A stretch of 64,000 nucleotides of DNA, from NCBI GenBank assembly GCA_045837725.1, contig JBEWZL010000036.1, positions 124,001-188,000 on the forward strand. Reading direction: 5' to 3'. Position 1 is the first letter of the stretch. Each line of letters opens with the position of its first letter. The DNA comes from Vermamoeba vermiformis. Taxonomy: Eukaryota. A program made the translations under genes and the position numbers. Shown piece after piece: positions 12,923-26,506 of this stretch. The notes under the pieces were generated by a model. It was not told where the DNA came from. It ran no database searches and was given only the letters and a program-made list of their open reading frames with translations.

Positions 12923-15900
12923 TTAATACAATTGTTTTTGACGCTTAATCTTTTGTTTTTTCCATTCGGGCACTTTCTGTTATTTAAACCAAGTTAGATC
13001 CAACCACAACAATAAATATAATTTAACTTACCGCGAACTCTTCACGACTCATGCCCAACACTTCCTCGAATTCATCGTCTTCCAAATAATTCTCCAAGTT
13101 AGCAACGTCAATGCCAGCAGGGAACTGTCGGTCCACGAGTTCTTGATAAGTGTATTTTCTGTTGTATTGAGCCAGGTACTCGGTCACTGAGCCCAGACCA
13201 TCCTCATCGTGACTCGGCACAGGCGACCAAGCCACAAAGTGCTGTGTGAAGCATCGTGGCTCTTTGCCCTTGCCTCCCTTTAAGTGCAAGACCACTTCTG
13301 AAGCATCGCCTGGTCGCTTGTCGACCGCTTTTATCTTCTCAAAGTAAGCAACTACAATGCATGTGATTAGTATAAATATCAAGTAGGCGATGACTACTAA
13401 TAGTGTATATGATATGAGACTTGCCTGCAAACTCCATGCTGAGTTTCAGTTCGGTGAAGTCATGCGAGCTCTCGTGTTGCCAAACATAGATACGATGATA
13501 AGTGTCCAATACAAAGCAGTCATTTCGCTCTAAATCGTCTTGACAGAACGGCCACACCTCATCGACTTGGAAATCTCCCGAGGCAATAGAACAGCGGAAC
13601 AATCGCGGAATTTGTCGTCGTTGGTAACCTTGCGGGTAACCCATACTCATAATCTTCGTGTCACTAGCAGTAGTCTCCAACAACTTCCAGAACTTGTCGG
13701 CGTGCTTAGACGACTTGCCACTCTCTTCAATCACGTGTGCATCGAGTTTCATGTGCTTGGCGAGGTGTTGCGCGTACTCGAACTCGTAGTCGTGCGACAA
13801 CTTGCCACGCCAAATGAAGAAGTACTTGCTGTTCAACAACACAAAGCACGAGGCACTGGTCAAGGCTCGAGCAGAGCAGTCAACTTCCACTGCGCGCACG
13901 TAGCCTGGTGCACTGCCACTCACTTCGAACAGCTTCGTTTCTATGGTATGACAGCGGTGAGAATTGTGGACTAAAATACAATCATATGGAATGGATTCTT
14001 ACCTTTTTTCTCAGCGGTTTCACGGCCTCGATGGATCAACAATTTGCCGTTAAATGCAGCTAAGAAATGTTTGGGCTCTTGATTCTGCACCACTCGAATT
14101 TCTTTGGCACTGCCTCCCGTTGCCGCTGCATAATAATATTAGCACTAATGGACAATCGGAAGTCAAATAAGTGAATGGTCTTACCTTTCTTCAACTCGTT
14201 GTCCATTTCCATGGTCAGCAAGGCAGAAGTACCACGATCCAAACTGGGCGAGTCTCGGCCTTGCCAGAAATAAATCAAATACGACTCCTTGTTTCGCCAC
14301 ATGTAGCTATAAACAGATGTGTAAATAATATGTATGTAAATAATATGTATGTATGAAAAGGACTGATGATTTTTGTTACCTGTATAAAATCAAGTACGAG
14401 TCGGCGGAATAAAATTGACCGTAATGAGATTTCGGGACCTCAACTTTGGTGAATTCTTCAACGCGCCAAATTTGTAATTTGCCTTCACCGTTGTCGATCA
14501 TGACTTCTTCCTTCAACGGGAAATCTTTGGACAATTTCTCCGCGATAATTTTGATTCGTTCAGATTCGCTGATGGTCGAATTCTTTTTGCCCGCAACGTT
14601 CTTGCCAGACGCGACTTGTTGAATTTGAATCGTGGCGCCAAAGCCCCAATTAGCAAACTTTTCACGGAACAAAACTGTTTCTGCATCGGGCAATTCGCGG
14701 CTGATGGGTGCAGTCCACACCTCTCGACTGGACTTGAGTTCTTGCGCCAACTTCAACGTGTGATTTCTGAGTGGCACTGCTGACTTGCGACCGCTGCAAA
14801 TACAAAATTTATCAATTTATTCTCAGAAAAGTAGTTCATGAAAAGAGAGACTTACCACCACACGAACAGCTCTGAAATGCAGTCCAATACATAGCACGAA
14901 TCTTCTTCCAAAATCTCTTTCTTAATCACGCCTGATGCGACTAAGACGGGTTCAATCTTGTTCTTGACTTGCACGACTTTGAACAGCTGAATGAACTGCG
15001 TGATCATCTTTTCGACCTCCAAGTCATCGCCTCCTTGTTCCTCTGTTAAAATTTCACCGCGAGTACCAATCAAGCGCCAGAACTCTTCAGCTTGCGAGCC
15101 TGAATCTGATGTACCTTGGTCCATCATGACATATCGGGCATTGCCTAAAAAGGAAAGTCAACAACCGGATCTTGGTCATGTATTTGAAGCATGAGTACTT
15201 ACCTCCTTTTTCTTTGCCCTTGATGTTCTTAAGCATATCAAGTGCTTTGCCCTTCTCAATACGATTGGACTTGCGACCGTTCCATTGGAACAAAATATCT
15301 TTGCCGTTATCGAGGATGAACACGTCACCTTCGTTCAGTGAATCACGAGCCATCTCAACTTGACGCACAAAGATTCTTTTGCGACCTTTGATGTGGATCA
15401 ATCTTGGCTGGCCTTTCTCACTCAACACGGGACCAGTTGACTTCAAGTTCTTGCGCTGGAACAACACTTGATCCGCACCAACACTGTACAACAAACTGTG
15501 AAAAAATCAAGTTAGTCTTAGATAGATTAAGCCCTGTGAGTAATATTACCCGTAGCCACCGACTTGAGCAGCAGCGGCGTTGTTTCGTTTAGGCTGTTCA
15601 TTTGCAGCAGCCTCTTCAGTCTTGTCACTCATCGATTGGCTGCTCGTGTCATTTCGCTGGTCACAGTGTTAGTATTAATCAACGAAATAACTTAATTGTA
15701 CTTACAGTGCGCATTGGGTTGCGCGTAGGTGCTCGACCAGGAGCAGCAATACGACGAGGATTGGCCAGTCTGGTCGTTGTTTTAGTGGCACCAAGTGACC
15801 CAATGTCCGCTGCACCTTCTTCAGGTTCTTCGCTGATCGTTTCAGTTGGCGTACGACCACGTGGTGAACCAGGCGCTTGATTGGGCTTGCTAATGAATGC

Positions 15901-18548
15901 ACTCAAGCGGTACTCGAGTGGCAAATCTTTCATCTTGTGTCTGCGCTTTCGACGCAAGACTTGTTCTTGGTTCTCCATAGCGTCTTCAAAGGGCTTCAAT
16001 CTTGCCTTCAAATCAACCGAGGGCAATGACTTGATCTCGGGCATGGCAGGGAACTCTTGACGAGGACTTGAGACCTTTGGTGGCGGTGCTTCGGGCTCTT
16101 CTTCCGATGAGAGGTCTGACACTTGTGACACTTCTGACATTTCCGAACGAGGACTCTCTGACCTAACGGATGACACGTCACTGTCAGCAACGGACACGTC
16201 CTCGCTCGTTGACATGCTGTCAAATTCATCGCCAGAATCTTCAGCAGCAGTGCCGGGAGGAGCAGGTTGAGTTTCAGGTTCTTCAGCAATCGTCTCAGGC
16301 ACATCAGTGGTCTTAGGACTCGGCTCTTCGTTCAAGTTGGACCGAGATCCACTTCGCTCGCGCGTGTAGAACTTGGCTTTGGCAGTGTCCCATGAGTCAT
16401 CCATCCAATCGTAGAACTGTTCCATGAACTCCCACGTCTCGGCACCGTCAATAGTCCAGTTGACATTGCGGTCAGTGCCGTGCGCAGCCAGTTCTTCGGC
16501 TTTGAGTGCAGCCCATGATTTACAGTTCATCGTGGCGTAGAGACCAATCCAGACGTACACATCTGAAATGGAGTCGAGTACGAAGCAGCTGACTGAATCT
16601 AACATTGTTTTGCTGAGTGGTTCGCCTTGCAGCACGACAATGTTCAAGCGGTCGTTCTCGTCTTCGCTGAATCGATACAACTTTGTTTGTGTCAATCGTT
16701 TCATCAAGTACTGATTGTCGGTCTCGGTCGCGTTCTTAATGTACGAGATCTTCTTTGGATTCGCAACACCAAAAGCTTTCCAAAAGTCCGTAGACAAACT
16801 CCTGCTGTACCTCTGTTTGCCTTCCAAGATGATAATATTGGCTCCAAATGCTTCCTCCGTCGTGATCTTTTGTGCAAAATAAATAGCTTTTTCTTTCTCG
16901 CGCTTGTCCGAGTTGTAACCGACCCACACAAACATCGAGTCAAAGTTGTCCAATAAGAACACATCGTCATCCGCGAGATTGGCCATTACACACGGCAACT
17001 TGTCCACGAGCACGATGTTCTGCACGCACTTGAATCGATAAAGTCTTCGCTTGTTCGCGGAAATAACAAAGTCGTTGGACGTGTCGGGTGAAGTAGTCGC
17101 GCTGCCCGGGGTAGTTTGACCCGATTTTTTGCCACTGTCGCTAGGCTTTGGCACGTTCAATATGGGCACTGTTTTAGTAGCCGGGACCTCTGGTGCATTG
17201 GTATTGTTTTGGTTGTTCTCGTCATCGCCCCACGAGCCCAAAACAGCTCGGCGGGGTGCCACTGTCACTTCAGTCGACGGCAATCTGAAGTGTCTCGTGC
17301 GTGGTTTTTTAGGCTGCCACGTCCTTTTGCCTTCTCTAGGTGGCTTGTTCGTGATATATTTGAAAAGTGATGCTGGATCCGGTTGTGAATAGATATTTTT
17401 GTCTTCGAAAAGATTTTCTGCCAGATCCAAAACAGCCAATCGTGTCAATTTTGTGATCGATGGTGGTAGTGTCATAAGCTGATTAGAGTTCAATCCAAGT
17501 TCCTGTTAGCATTGTACTGCGTTAGAATATGTTTTTTGCCATAAAAGGAAATTATTGTTACCTTTAAAGAACAACAGTTTCCAATCGTTGAAGGCAGTTC
17601 AAACATTTCATTATTGTCTAAATATAACTAATACATCGTTAATATATATAATACAACAATTCTTAACGAAAAATTGACTTACTTTTGACAGCGAGGTCAA
17701 TCTGCTGATAGTTTCAGGAATTTCAACAATTTCATTATTGGACAAATTCAATACTACTAAGTGCTCTAACATTCCTATTTCACTTGCAATCGTCTTCAAA
17801 TTATTCTGATGCAACAACAAATGTTGCAAGCCAGCCAATTGCGAAATAGTTGTCGGAATTTCATCGATGAGATTGTACGACAAATTGAGCATTGTTAACT
17901 GTTGCAGTAATTGTACTGTTGGACATATAGTCTTGATATTATTGTTTGATAAATTGAGTTCGCGCAAATTGAACAAATTTCCAAAAAGATCGTCCATTGT
18001 TGTAATGTAATTGTTCGACAGATCCAGCTGAAAATAACGAAATATTAGTACAATAAGAATAATATAACATATTTACTTAATTTTAATAATATTTACGAAT
18101 CTCCAATCGAGATTACGAGAAGATACCGCGGAAAAAAAGATTTTTGTAACGATGTAATGTGAGATGATTATAATAATATAAACATTCGTTATATAATATT
18201 ATAATGTGTTTAATTATTAATATTTACCTTTTGAAGCTGCTTGAGGAAAAATAACTCTTCATCGATGTGTTTCAACAAATTATTTGAAATTGATAGCTCG
18301 CGGATCTTGCTGATTGAAAATATTCCAACGAGAGAAGTCAGCTTATTATTATTTAAATTGACTATCTCCAAGTTTGAATATTTTGTCAGATCTTTTGTCA
18401 GCTCGGTAATATTTTTATCGCTGAGATCTATTTCTGTTTGATTGGGTTGATCTACATTATTGATATTGACATTATTATTATGACTAGGCTTATTAGGATC
18501 GTGTCCGTGGCCTTGTGGCGGCTGAGCTGTGCTGTCACCATTACCCAT
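12923..18548 (-). CDS. LRR + gelsolin-repeat + villin headpiece actin-binding protein (flightless/villin-like)
   Basis: N-terminal LxxLxLxxNxL repeats; gelsolin repeats (DVFLLD..MFVWVG, SLNEGDVFILD, YGQFYSADSY, IYFWQG); headpiece LENYLEDDEFEEVLGMSREEFA|KVPEWKKQKIKRQKQLY-stop. Confidence 0.9.
14320..14355. repeat. Short intronic tandem duplication (TGTAAATAATATGTA x2)
   Basis: Two perfect 15-bp copies followed by TGTATG. Confidence 0.7.
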
Positions 18549-19015
18549 CTTGATCAAAAAAATTTATGAGTTAATAAGCGATGTAAATTATAAATTCGAG
18601 CAATTTCATATTTAATATTCGTTAATAAGTATGATTTAGCAATATGGCGCATTTAGCTAATTATATGAAATTTTTCAAACGGTTATTTTCCCGATCAGTC
18701 AAAAAAATTCAAATAAATGAGATTCTATTGCTTTATGTTATATTTTAATATATACCTTCGCCTATAATATATATTGTTCACCTCTAATTAGCAGACCATT
18801 AATGTATACAAAATTTAGACTTTGATAACGCGGATCAATTACACGCGCCACGAATTGGCACGAAGAGGTCCGCAAAATATGAATAGGGCTTGTTAAATAT
18901 ACAGCCTATTGAGGACTTTACTTGGTTGAGCAACAAAACACATTTCAGGCCAAATTTCATAGTTAAGTTTTTTTGGCCACGTGCTCGATCTCTCTTCAAA
19001 TCTTTTTTGGTTGCA

Positions 19016-21492
19016 ATGAAGCACCACAACACCTTATATATTGTTATTGTATTTATATGTATATTTTTATTAATTAGTCATGTGGAAGCTGGATCAGATC
19101 CCGCTGAAAACAATTACAAATGGCCGTGGCGCACAGTTGTCACAGAAAAATATGTCGTGCCATCAATATGTAATATAGATCATAGTGGTAACGAAGAGGT
19201 GGCTATAATTGATAATGTAAGTAACCTTGGTGTAGATTTTTTTGGATTCGTTTGTGAATATTTGTAAGCTTAGTACTCTGCGTAATAAATAATGTTGCTA
19301 TCTTTAGGTCGATGAAGATATTAAAAGCAAATTATACGGCCTATTTGAGACCGTTTTAGAAATTAAAAGTGATTACAGCCCAACGGATCCAAAAATAATC
19401 GACACGTTAGCTTTTGTTTCTGTAAGTAGTGCTCAAATATATTAGTCATAAATTATTAACATTATTTTGCGATGTAACAGAGTGTTTTTTCGTTATTGAA
19501 CGAAAATACAACGCACGTGTCTCATTTTATCGCACAACAAATAGCAACGCAGTATTTGAAAGTAGAAGATGATATATATGTTAAATATGTGATATATAAT
19601 CATATGGACTATATTGAACGAATGTGCGGCTTTCTTGTCACGTTACAAGAACACATCCAAAACCCGCGCGAAAAAATTATTAGCAAGGCACGATTAGCAT
19701 CTGCTGAATGGCAACCTATTAATATAGTTATGGCTGGTGCAGGTCCTGTTGGATTAATGTCTGCCATAGAAGCCTATTCTCAAGGTAAAATAATCTTTTG
19801 GTTCGAGCTAAAGAAGATCTGACTAGTATTATAGGCGCAAATCCGGAGCTGTTCGAAAAGCGGAACAATTATACTAGGAACACGTGGTTTGATTTAGAAC
19901 CGTTGCCATGGTCAACAACCAAATTAAAATTAAACAAGTGGGGCATCCAGTTCCAAGATCTCGAGCGAGTCTTGCATGACGAGAATGAAGAGGACAGTAG
20001 CAATATTAGAGTCACTATGCGCACATTAACGCTCGAAAAATATTTGAGCAAAGTGGCTGCTATTTTAGGCATCAAAATTAATTTCGGATGGAAATTTATT
20101 TCTGTGTGCGATAACGATAGCGCGTTATTTGTACGCTCAAAAGAGACTCTGGAATCCGGTAAGACAATTTCTATGCACGATTCTTGTTAAAAAGCATTGC
20201 TAAGATTTTCCAATTTTTTTGTAGTGGATCAGCTCTGCAATCAAGTCAATGAAAAAATTGTTAAACAATCATTCAATGTGCTGCTTGGTAGTGAGGGCAC
20301 GCAAAGTAGAGTGCGACAATTAGCAGGCATTGAATGGACCGTCCAAAATACATTCGAGTTTGTACCGTTCAAAATGCCGCACGAACTAGTGCGATCAAAA
20401 CAGGCGCGAGTTGTTTCAGTGAACGATTTGCAGCAAGTATCCGCATTGGTCAATTTCAAACCAATCAACGGAGAATGTCCAAGGCTTAATCAAGGTACTT
20501 AAAAAAATCGGTGATTTTTCTGCCATCTCAAAAATGATTTTATTTTAGCAGTTTTTCCAGTAATTTTTCTAACTTGGTAATATCAGGTCAAAATCAAGAA
20601 CGATTGGACCCTTTATATCCCACGTTTGTGATACCAGGCGTGATTTCAGTATGGAAACGATTTTTCTCTGGTGACGCGTGTCAATTACAACTATTGTTCA
20701 ACAATTCTGTGGGCAGTCAAATCGTAGAACAGTTCAAAAGTCACGCTGCGAGTAAGTACCTTTGACACTTTGACATTTGACACGTGTCATTCGAAACACT
20801 TGTTGACACGATGATTTGTGTAGCAGATGACGAGGCCTATCCATGGTATTATATTCATCAAGTAGTCAACTTGCTGTTTGAAGAGCCAGTGACGTCAATT
20901 GACCAAGTCAAACAACTCATTGCTACAAAAAACAATGCGCAGCTTGGTCGAGAAGTTTTCAGCATTGAAGTTTTGCCTGTCAAAATCTACCGCGCATCAT
21001 CGACACTCCAAACCCTCACTAACAAGCACAACAATATTAAAATTCTCGGTATTGCAGGTGACGCGTCAGTAACGGCTCATTTTAGGTCAGTAGATCTAGC
21101 CATCGTTTTATCAATTTTATTAACAGTTTCATAGACTTGGCGTCGGTATTAATAACGCGTTCCTGGGCCTTCAAGAGTTCTCAGTTATGATGCGACAGTT
21201 GAGTATGTTAGGCGCGAACAAAATGGATGTGGATCATGCATCTGAGCTGACCAAGATCGTCACCGAAAAAGAGACCAGTAGCAATGAAAGATTGAGTAGA
21301 CTAGTACAATTTGAATTATCGACTATGTACTACGAGTCTTATTGCGATTTTGTCCTGTTCTTTGACGACAGCAAGGAAAATTATTGGGAGCGACAGTCGT
21401 TGCACAAACCGAACAGAAAAAAGAATATTTTTGTGCCAGTACTCGATTTGAAGCTGCAAGAGTGCTATGAAAAGGCAATAAAGACCTCCTAA
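19016..21492 (+). CDS. FAD-dependent monooxygenase, MICAL-MO-like, with N-terminal signal/anchor
   Basis: Hydrophobic N-terminus (YIVIVFICIFLLISHVEA); Rossmann IVMAGAGPVGLMSAIEA..FEKR..YTRN; LLGSEG; GDASVTAHFRLGVGINNAF. Confidence 0.7.
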
Positions 21493-21728
21493 CTTAGCAA
21501 CGAAAAATAAGATTAACAACAAGGACTGGCAAAACTTTCTTGTCAGATCTGGTGCTGCTTCGTGCATTTTAATCTTTAATCCACTTGCTCTTATGTCGCA
21601 GCACACTGACGATCTTAATTTAGCGAGGAATCAAGGGTCATTTTACGAAAATGGAGCTGTTGCGCAATTACATTTTAATGAAAATGCAACAGGTGGACGA
21701 TTAACTAGTAGTAACAAATAAGAGGCCA

Positions 21729-22598
21729 ATGTTCAAAAACGTATTTCAAAAGGGTTTTATATCAGTATTCTTCTCGATGGGGTACGGCAACTTTATTATT
21801 GCATGATGTATTGCTTCTTTTGTGCTAATAAAATCTAATTTAAATTGCATTATTAGAAGCAAGCCTTTGCAGCTGTGGGAAAGCAAAAGTAAGCACAAAA
21901 ATGTAGAAGAAATATTTTTTTCAATTAAATTTAATAATCTGCCTTTGCAAATTGGACTATATTATTAAAATATGTATTTATAATAATTTTGCGAATTTTT
22001 AGATCAAGACGGAACCATCGAAGTTGTAACAGACGAGGAGATCGAGTCGAAAGTTTTGGAAATTAGCAACAGCAACATTAGTCAGACGTATATATCATGT
22101 CCACCTGATTTAAGAACACTAGGCATCAAATTGCCATATTTAGTTCTCGTTGTAAAGAACGTAAGTCCTATTAAGCACGATCGCCCCACTCTCAAACAGT
22201 TACTAATTGTTATTTAAGCTCAAAAAATATTTCTCATTCGAAATACATATACTAGATGATAAAGGCACCAAGAGGAGGTTCAGATGCTCGAATTATCAGG
22301 TAAACGGATCTGATAACTTTTTCTCCGTCGAATTTTCGAAATTAAATTATCATTAAAGGCTAAGCCGCGAGTCAAACCATATATATGCACCATGCCGCTA
22401 GTTATGGAAGATGGTTGGAATTATTTGCAATTAGATCTGGCTCACTGGGTCAAAACAGTCTACGGTACAAATTACGCCGAAACACAACGCATCGTAATCA
22501 ATGCTAATTGTTACCTACGGCGCGTGTACTTTGCAGAAAAAATAATGAATGAAGACGAGCTGCCACCTGAGATGCGGATTTACAAGCCGGTTCACTGA
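21729..22598 (+). CDS. CFAP20: Cilia- and flagella-associated protein 20 (BUG22)
   Basis: Spliced product [83 protein letters not shown]. Confidence 0.92.
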
Positions 22599-22835
22599 AG
22601 TCAAATGTACCCCTTCAGATCCATGTAAATAATGTTAAGACTACTGCTGTGTGCTGAATATCTTCCTATTTTCTCAAAGATTCATTAATAGTCATGCTTC
22701 TAATGTCCTTCGGTAGGCTTCGAGAACTTTTTCTGAATTGCCTCCCCGATCCGAAAATTTTTGTCACGAACAAAACTGGGTGAGAAATTTATTGTAAACT
22801 CAACGATCAAGCCTGATCACCACACAGCCTTTATC

Positions 22836-24775
22836 ATGGATGTACGTAATAGCCAAACTTAAGGAAAAATCAGGCAGATCGCGACCGATCACGCCAAATA
22901 TTTTTATCATTTATTCATAATGCAGCGATTCTTCGTGCACTGACGTGAAATATTATATTATGATTTTAATAATTATAATATTTGTAGAATAATAACAACA
23001 AACCCGAAGGAGAGAATCCGATCATGGACCACGAAGAAGAAGAGGACGAGGAGGACGACGATGAAGCATATTTAGAAGAGGGCGATTATCAACAAGTCGT
23101 AGATATTGGTGATGAAGGTATTTAATTTCGATCAGTTGCGATCCATGTCACGAAAAACTAACTAAAATATTCAGAACTTCCTGATGAAGAGGAAGAACCT
23201 GAAGAGGGTGACGAAGAGCCTTTGAATCAACCTCCTACTGAAGATAATTCTATTAAGCAATTCCAAGGCCACACTGGTAAGTCTTGCGATCAAGATCGTT
23301 TTTAAAAAAATTGGAAAAATTCTGAATAACACCAATAAGGTATTAAAATATGCTAATTTGTTATACAATACAGATTCAGTATTTTGCGTGTCGTTCAATC
23401 ATGCCAAGCCCAATATGCTCGCGACTGGAGGCGGTGATGATGTTGCTATTATTTGGAACACTGAATCAAATGATCCCGTGCACACCTTGAAAGGTAATAT
23501 AATCAACGATAACAAAAATAATCAGAATTAGTTACTAATTATTATTTTCAGGTCACGCGGACTCGATTTCGCGATTGGAATTCAGCGTGGACGGAAAATT
23601 ATTGGCCACTGGTGGCATGGAAGGTGTTGTGAAGATTTGGGACGTTGAAACTGGCAATCACGTGGCCGACTTGGAAGGACCTGGCGACAGCATTGAGGTA
23701 CGTACTTTACGCGACATTTTATCACTTAGAATAATATGTATTAACTCGACCGATACTATGTAGTGCTTAGTGTGGCATCCTAAAGGCAATGTACTGCTCG
23801 CCGGATCAATGGACGGCACAGCATTTATGTGGCTGGCAGCTAAAGGCACCTACATGCAATCGTTCAGCGGTCACAAAGGACCCATCACCAGCGCTGTATT
23901 TGGAGCTGATGGCAAGAAATTGATTACAGGCTCAGAAGACGGCACCGTGAAGATTTGGAACCCGAAGACAGGTGTCGCTGAGACCACCATTTCTGGCCAC
24001 AACTTCCACGAGGGACCGATCAACAGACTCGCTATTCACCCGCACAACTTGAACTTGGTATGTACTCTATGCTTACTTACAATCGTATATGAGCTCGCAT
24101 TAACATTAATGTCACTAGCTCGCTACTGCTGGTCGAGATCATCTCGCGTGTGTCGTCAACTTGGTCTCAGGCAAATCACTCGGTGTATTGAAGGGTCACG
24201 AACACTCTGTGGAAGGTGTTGCTTTTGTTGCCAAGTAAGTCCTCGCACTAACACAGTTTCTTACACGCTTCATAGCTGCGTATCGTTTCTGTTGCTAATT
24301 ACTGTTATTCAGCTTGCCTTTGGCCGTTACAGGCTCCCTCGATAAAACAGCTAAAGTTTGGGACTTGGGCACGATGCAATGTCGTGTGAACTTGCCTCAC
24401 GATGTAAGTACCTCGTTGAGAAAGAACCACAAATCATTATGTGCCACCAGTCTTCCTTCGACCCGGAGCTAATACTAGTTGTATGTTAGGACTCTGTTAT
24501 TAAGGTCTTGTGCCACCCTAAAGAACCTATTGTGTTCACATGCAGTTTGGACTATCGAATCAGAGCGTGGGACGTAAGAACTGGTCAACAGATCGGCACT
24601 CCTTTCATGGGCCACAAAGACGCCCTGCTTGACTTTGACATCAATGCGTAAGTTACATGCTATTTAGGTTCTCTGTGAGCATATTTGTTAACATGGCACT
24701 TGTTTTAGTGATGGCACGCTGGTTGCATCCGCATCTGACGATAACACAGCTCGCTTGTACAGTTTTAACCTTTAA
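22836..24775 (+). CDS. WD40-repeat protein, SQT1/AAMP family (uL16 chaperone-like)
   Basis: Acidic N-terminus, then WD repeats with LATGGGDD, LATGGMEG, WHPKGNVLLAGSMDG, ITGSEDGTVKIWNPK. Confidence 0.8.
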
Positions 24776-25085
24776 ACAATAAAATAATGCGTAATAACCC
24801 GTCGTAGTTATGTTATCATTCGTTAGAGAACTGTACCGGTTCTGCGATCGAAGTTGTTTCAGTGGTATTTCCCCAGCCCAAAGGTAAACTCTGGAAGTGC
24901 TCAAGCGTTAATTTTGGTGTTTAGGGATATTGTAGAGTTCCCGAGAATGGATTCCCTGTTGGAAGTTAAGAGAGTCCATTGGTCCTCTTGCTTGGTTAAG
25001 TGTGGAAATGTATGTTTGGCAGCAAGTGTGGGAGGGGGGAGTAGAGGTCCTCTAACAGCAGAACTGCGATCATGGAAGGAATGTT

Positions 25086-25194
25086 GAGAGAGGGGAGGAA
25101 GAGGGGGGGGAGGAGTGCGGGCGAGTGAGCGGGGCTGAGTGGGGAGTGGGGGGGAGGGAGAGTGGGGGGGGGGGGGAGGGGGGGGTGGGAGGAG
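25086..25194 (+). repeat. G-rich low-complexity tract (G-quadruplex-like)
   Basis: Many G runs up to ~13 nt separated by short A/T spacers, about 110 bp upstream of the p23 ATG. Confidence 0.8.
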
Positions 25195-25306
25195 ATCAAC
25201 AGAAGCCATCCAACAGAAATGCCAAAAAAAATGGGCAAAGCAGATCGCTGATTTTGTTGTTGACTTTCGTTTAGAATACACAACAGAACCTCAACACATA
25301 TTAAAC

Positions 25307-26506
25307 ATGAGGTAAGCGTCAGTTGTAGAGCAAGAATCAAGACTCGAACTGCCCGATTCGTTTTCTCAATCTTTTTCAATTCTCCATCTGGGCCTAAATA
25401 TACTAACCGTATTATTATAGCACCACCACACTTATTCCCCCCGTTGTTTGGGCTCAACGAAAGGACAAGCTCTTCGTTGCTTTTCAAGTCCCCGAAATTA
25501 AGGGCGAGAAGGTCGAGCTTACTGAAGACAAGCTTTCTTTCACTGGCTCTGCTAATGGCAAAAATTACCACGTTGACCTCGAGTTTTATGCCCCCGTTAC
25601 TGCTGAGGTAAATAATATTGTGGTTATTTAATAATAATTTTTCTTCGTCACCAAATCCAAACGATTGAACAATGGATAGCGCTAGCTCTTACAATTATTG
25701 ATCGTGGATATATTAAAATTAGGGTAGCAAATGGGCTGTTCACGGTAAAGAAATGCAATTCGTTATCATGAAGAAGGAAGTCAAGAAAGAGCACTGGCCC
25801 AGATTGCTCAAGAACAGCGGCAAATACAACTGGTTGAAGGCTGACTGGAGCAAGTGGGTCGATGAGGACGAAGAAGACGCCAAGCCCGACTTTGATGGCC
25901 TCGGTAAGTAGCCTCGAAAATATTCTTTCAGAACGATCGAGTTGCATCTCGCTTGCAAATTTGCGCCTGGTACTTGCTACTGCTTTTGCTCGATTAATAC
26001 AAGTACTGAGCACGTAATATTATTTTAAATTTGTTAACTGCCGCTCGGTGGTGCCACGTCAGCATGACGCTACATCCACGTACTTCTGAGAACTAACGCT
26101 TACTTACTAATAGACTTTGGTGGTATGGGTGGCTTCCCTGGTATGGGCGGCATGGGTGGCCAATTCGGTGGCATGCCTGGTATGCCTGGTATGCCTGGTA
26201 TGGGCGGCATGGACTTTGGCGGCATGGGCGGCATGGAAGGTGACGACGAAGGTACGTGACGCGATCTGCATCTTTTTTAATGCTAAATGATGCACGAATA
26301 TAACCTAGAGTATAATGAGTGCATGCAATTAATTACGATATCTTACAATAATTGGTTAAAAGCAGCTAATTACTGGTTTTTATTGCGCGTGCACGCTACC
26401 GCTTGACGGTTACTAACTGGACTTTGTATTTGCATTAGATGATGACGATATGCCTCCTATGGAAGATGACGAAGGCGAGGGTGAAAAGAAGCCTGAGACC
26501 ATCTAA
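25307..26506 (+). CDS. Hsp90 co-chaperone p23 (Sba1/PTGES3 family)
   Basis: PPVVWAQRKD, HWPRLLK, WLKADWSKWVDEDEE, then GM-rich GGMGGFPGMGG repeats and an acidic tail. Confidence 0.92.

Noticed and set aside
24925-24970. Heat-shock element upstream of p23
   Set aside because: GAA/TTC triplets are not in correct alternating nGAAn register for three units.
24901-25571. Minus-strand poly-proline ORFs
   Set aside because: By-products of the G-tract and antisense to p23 exons.
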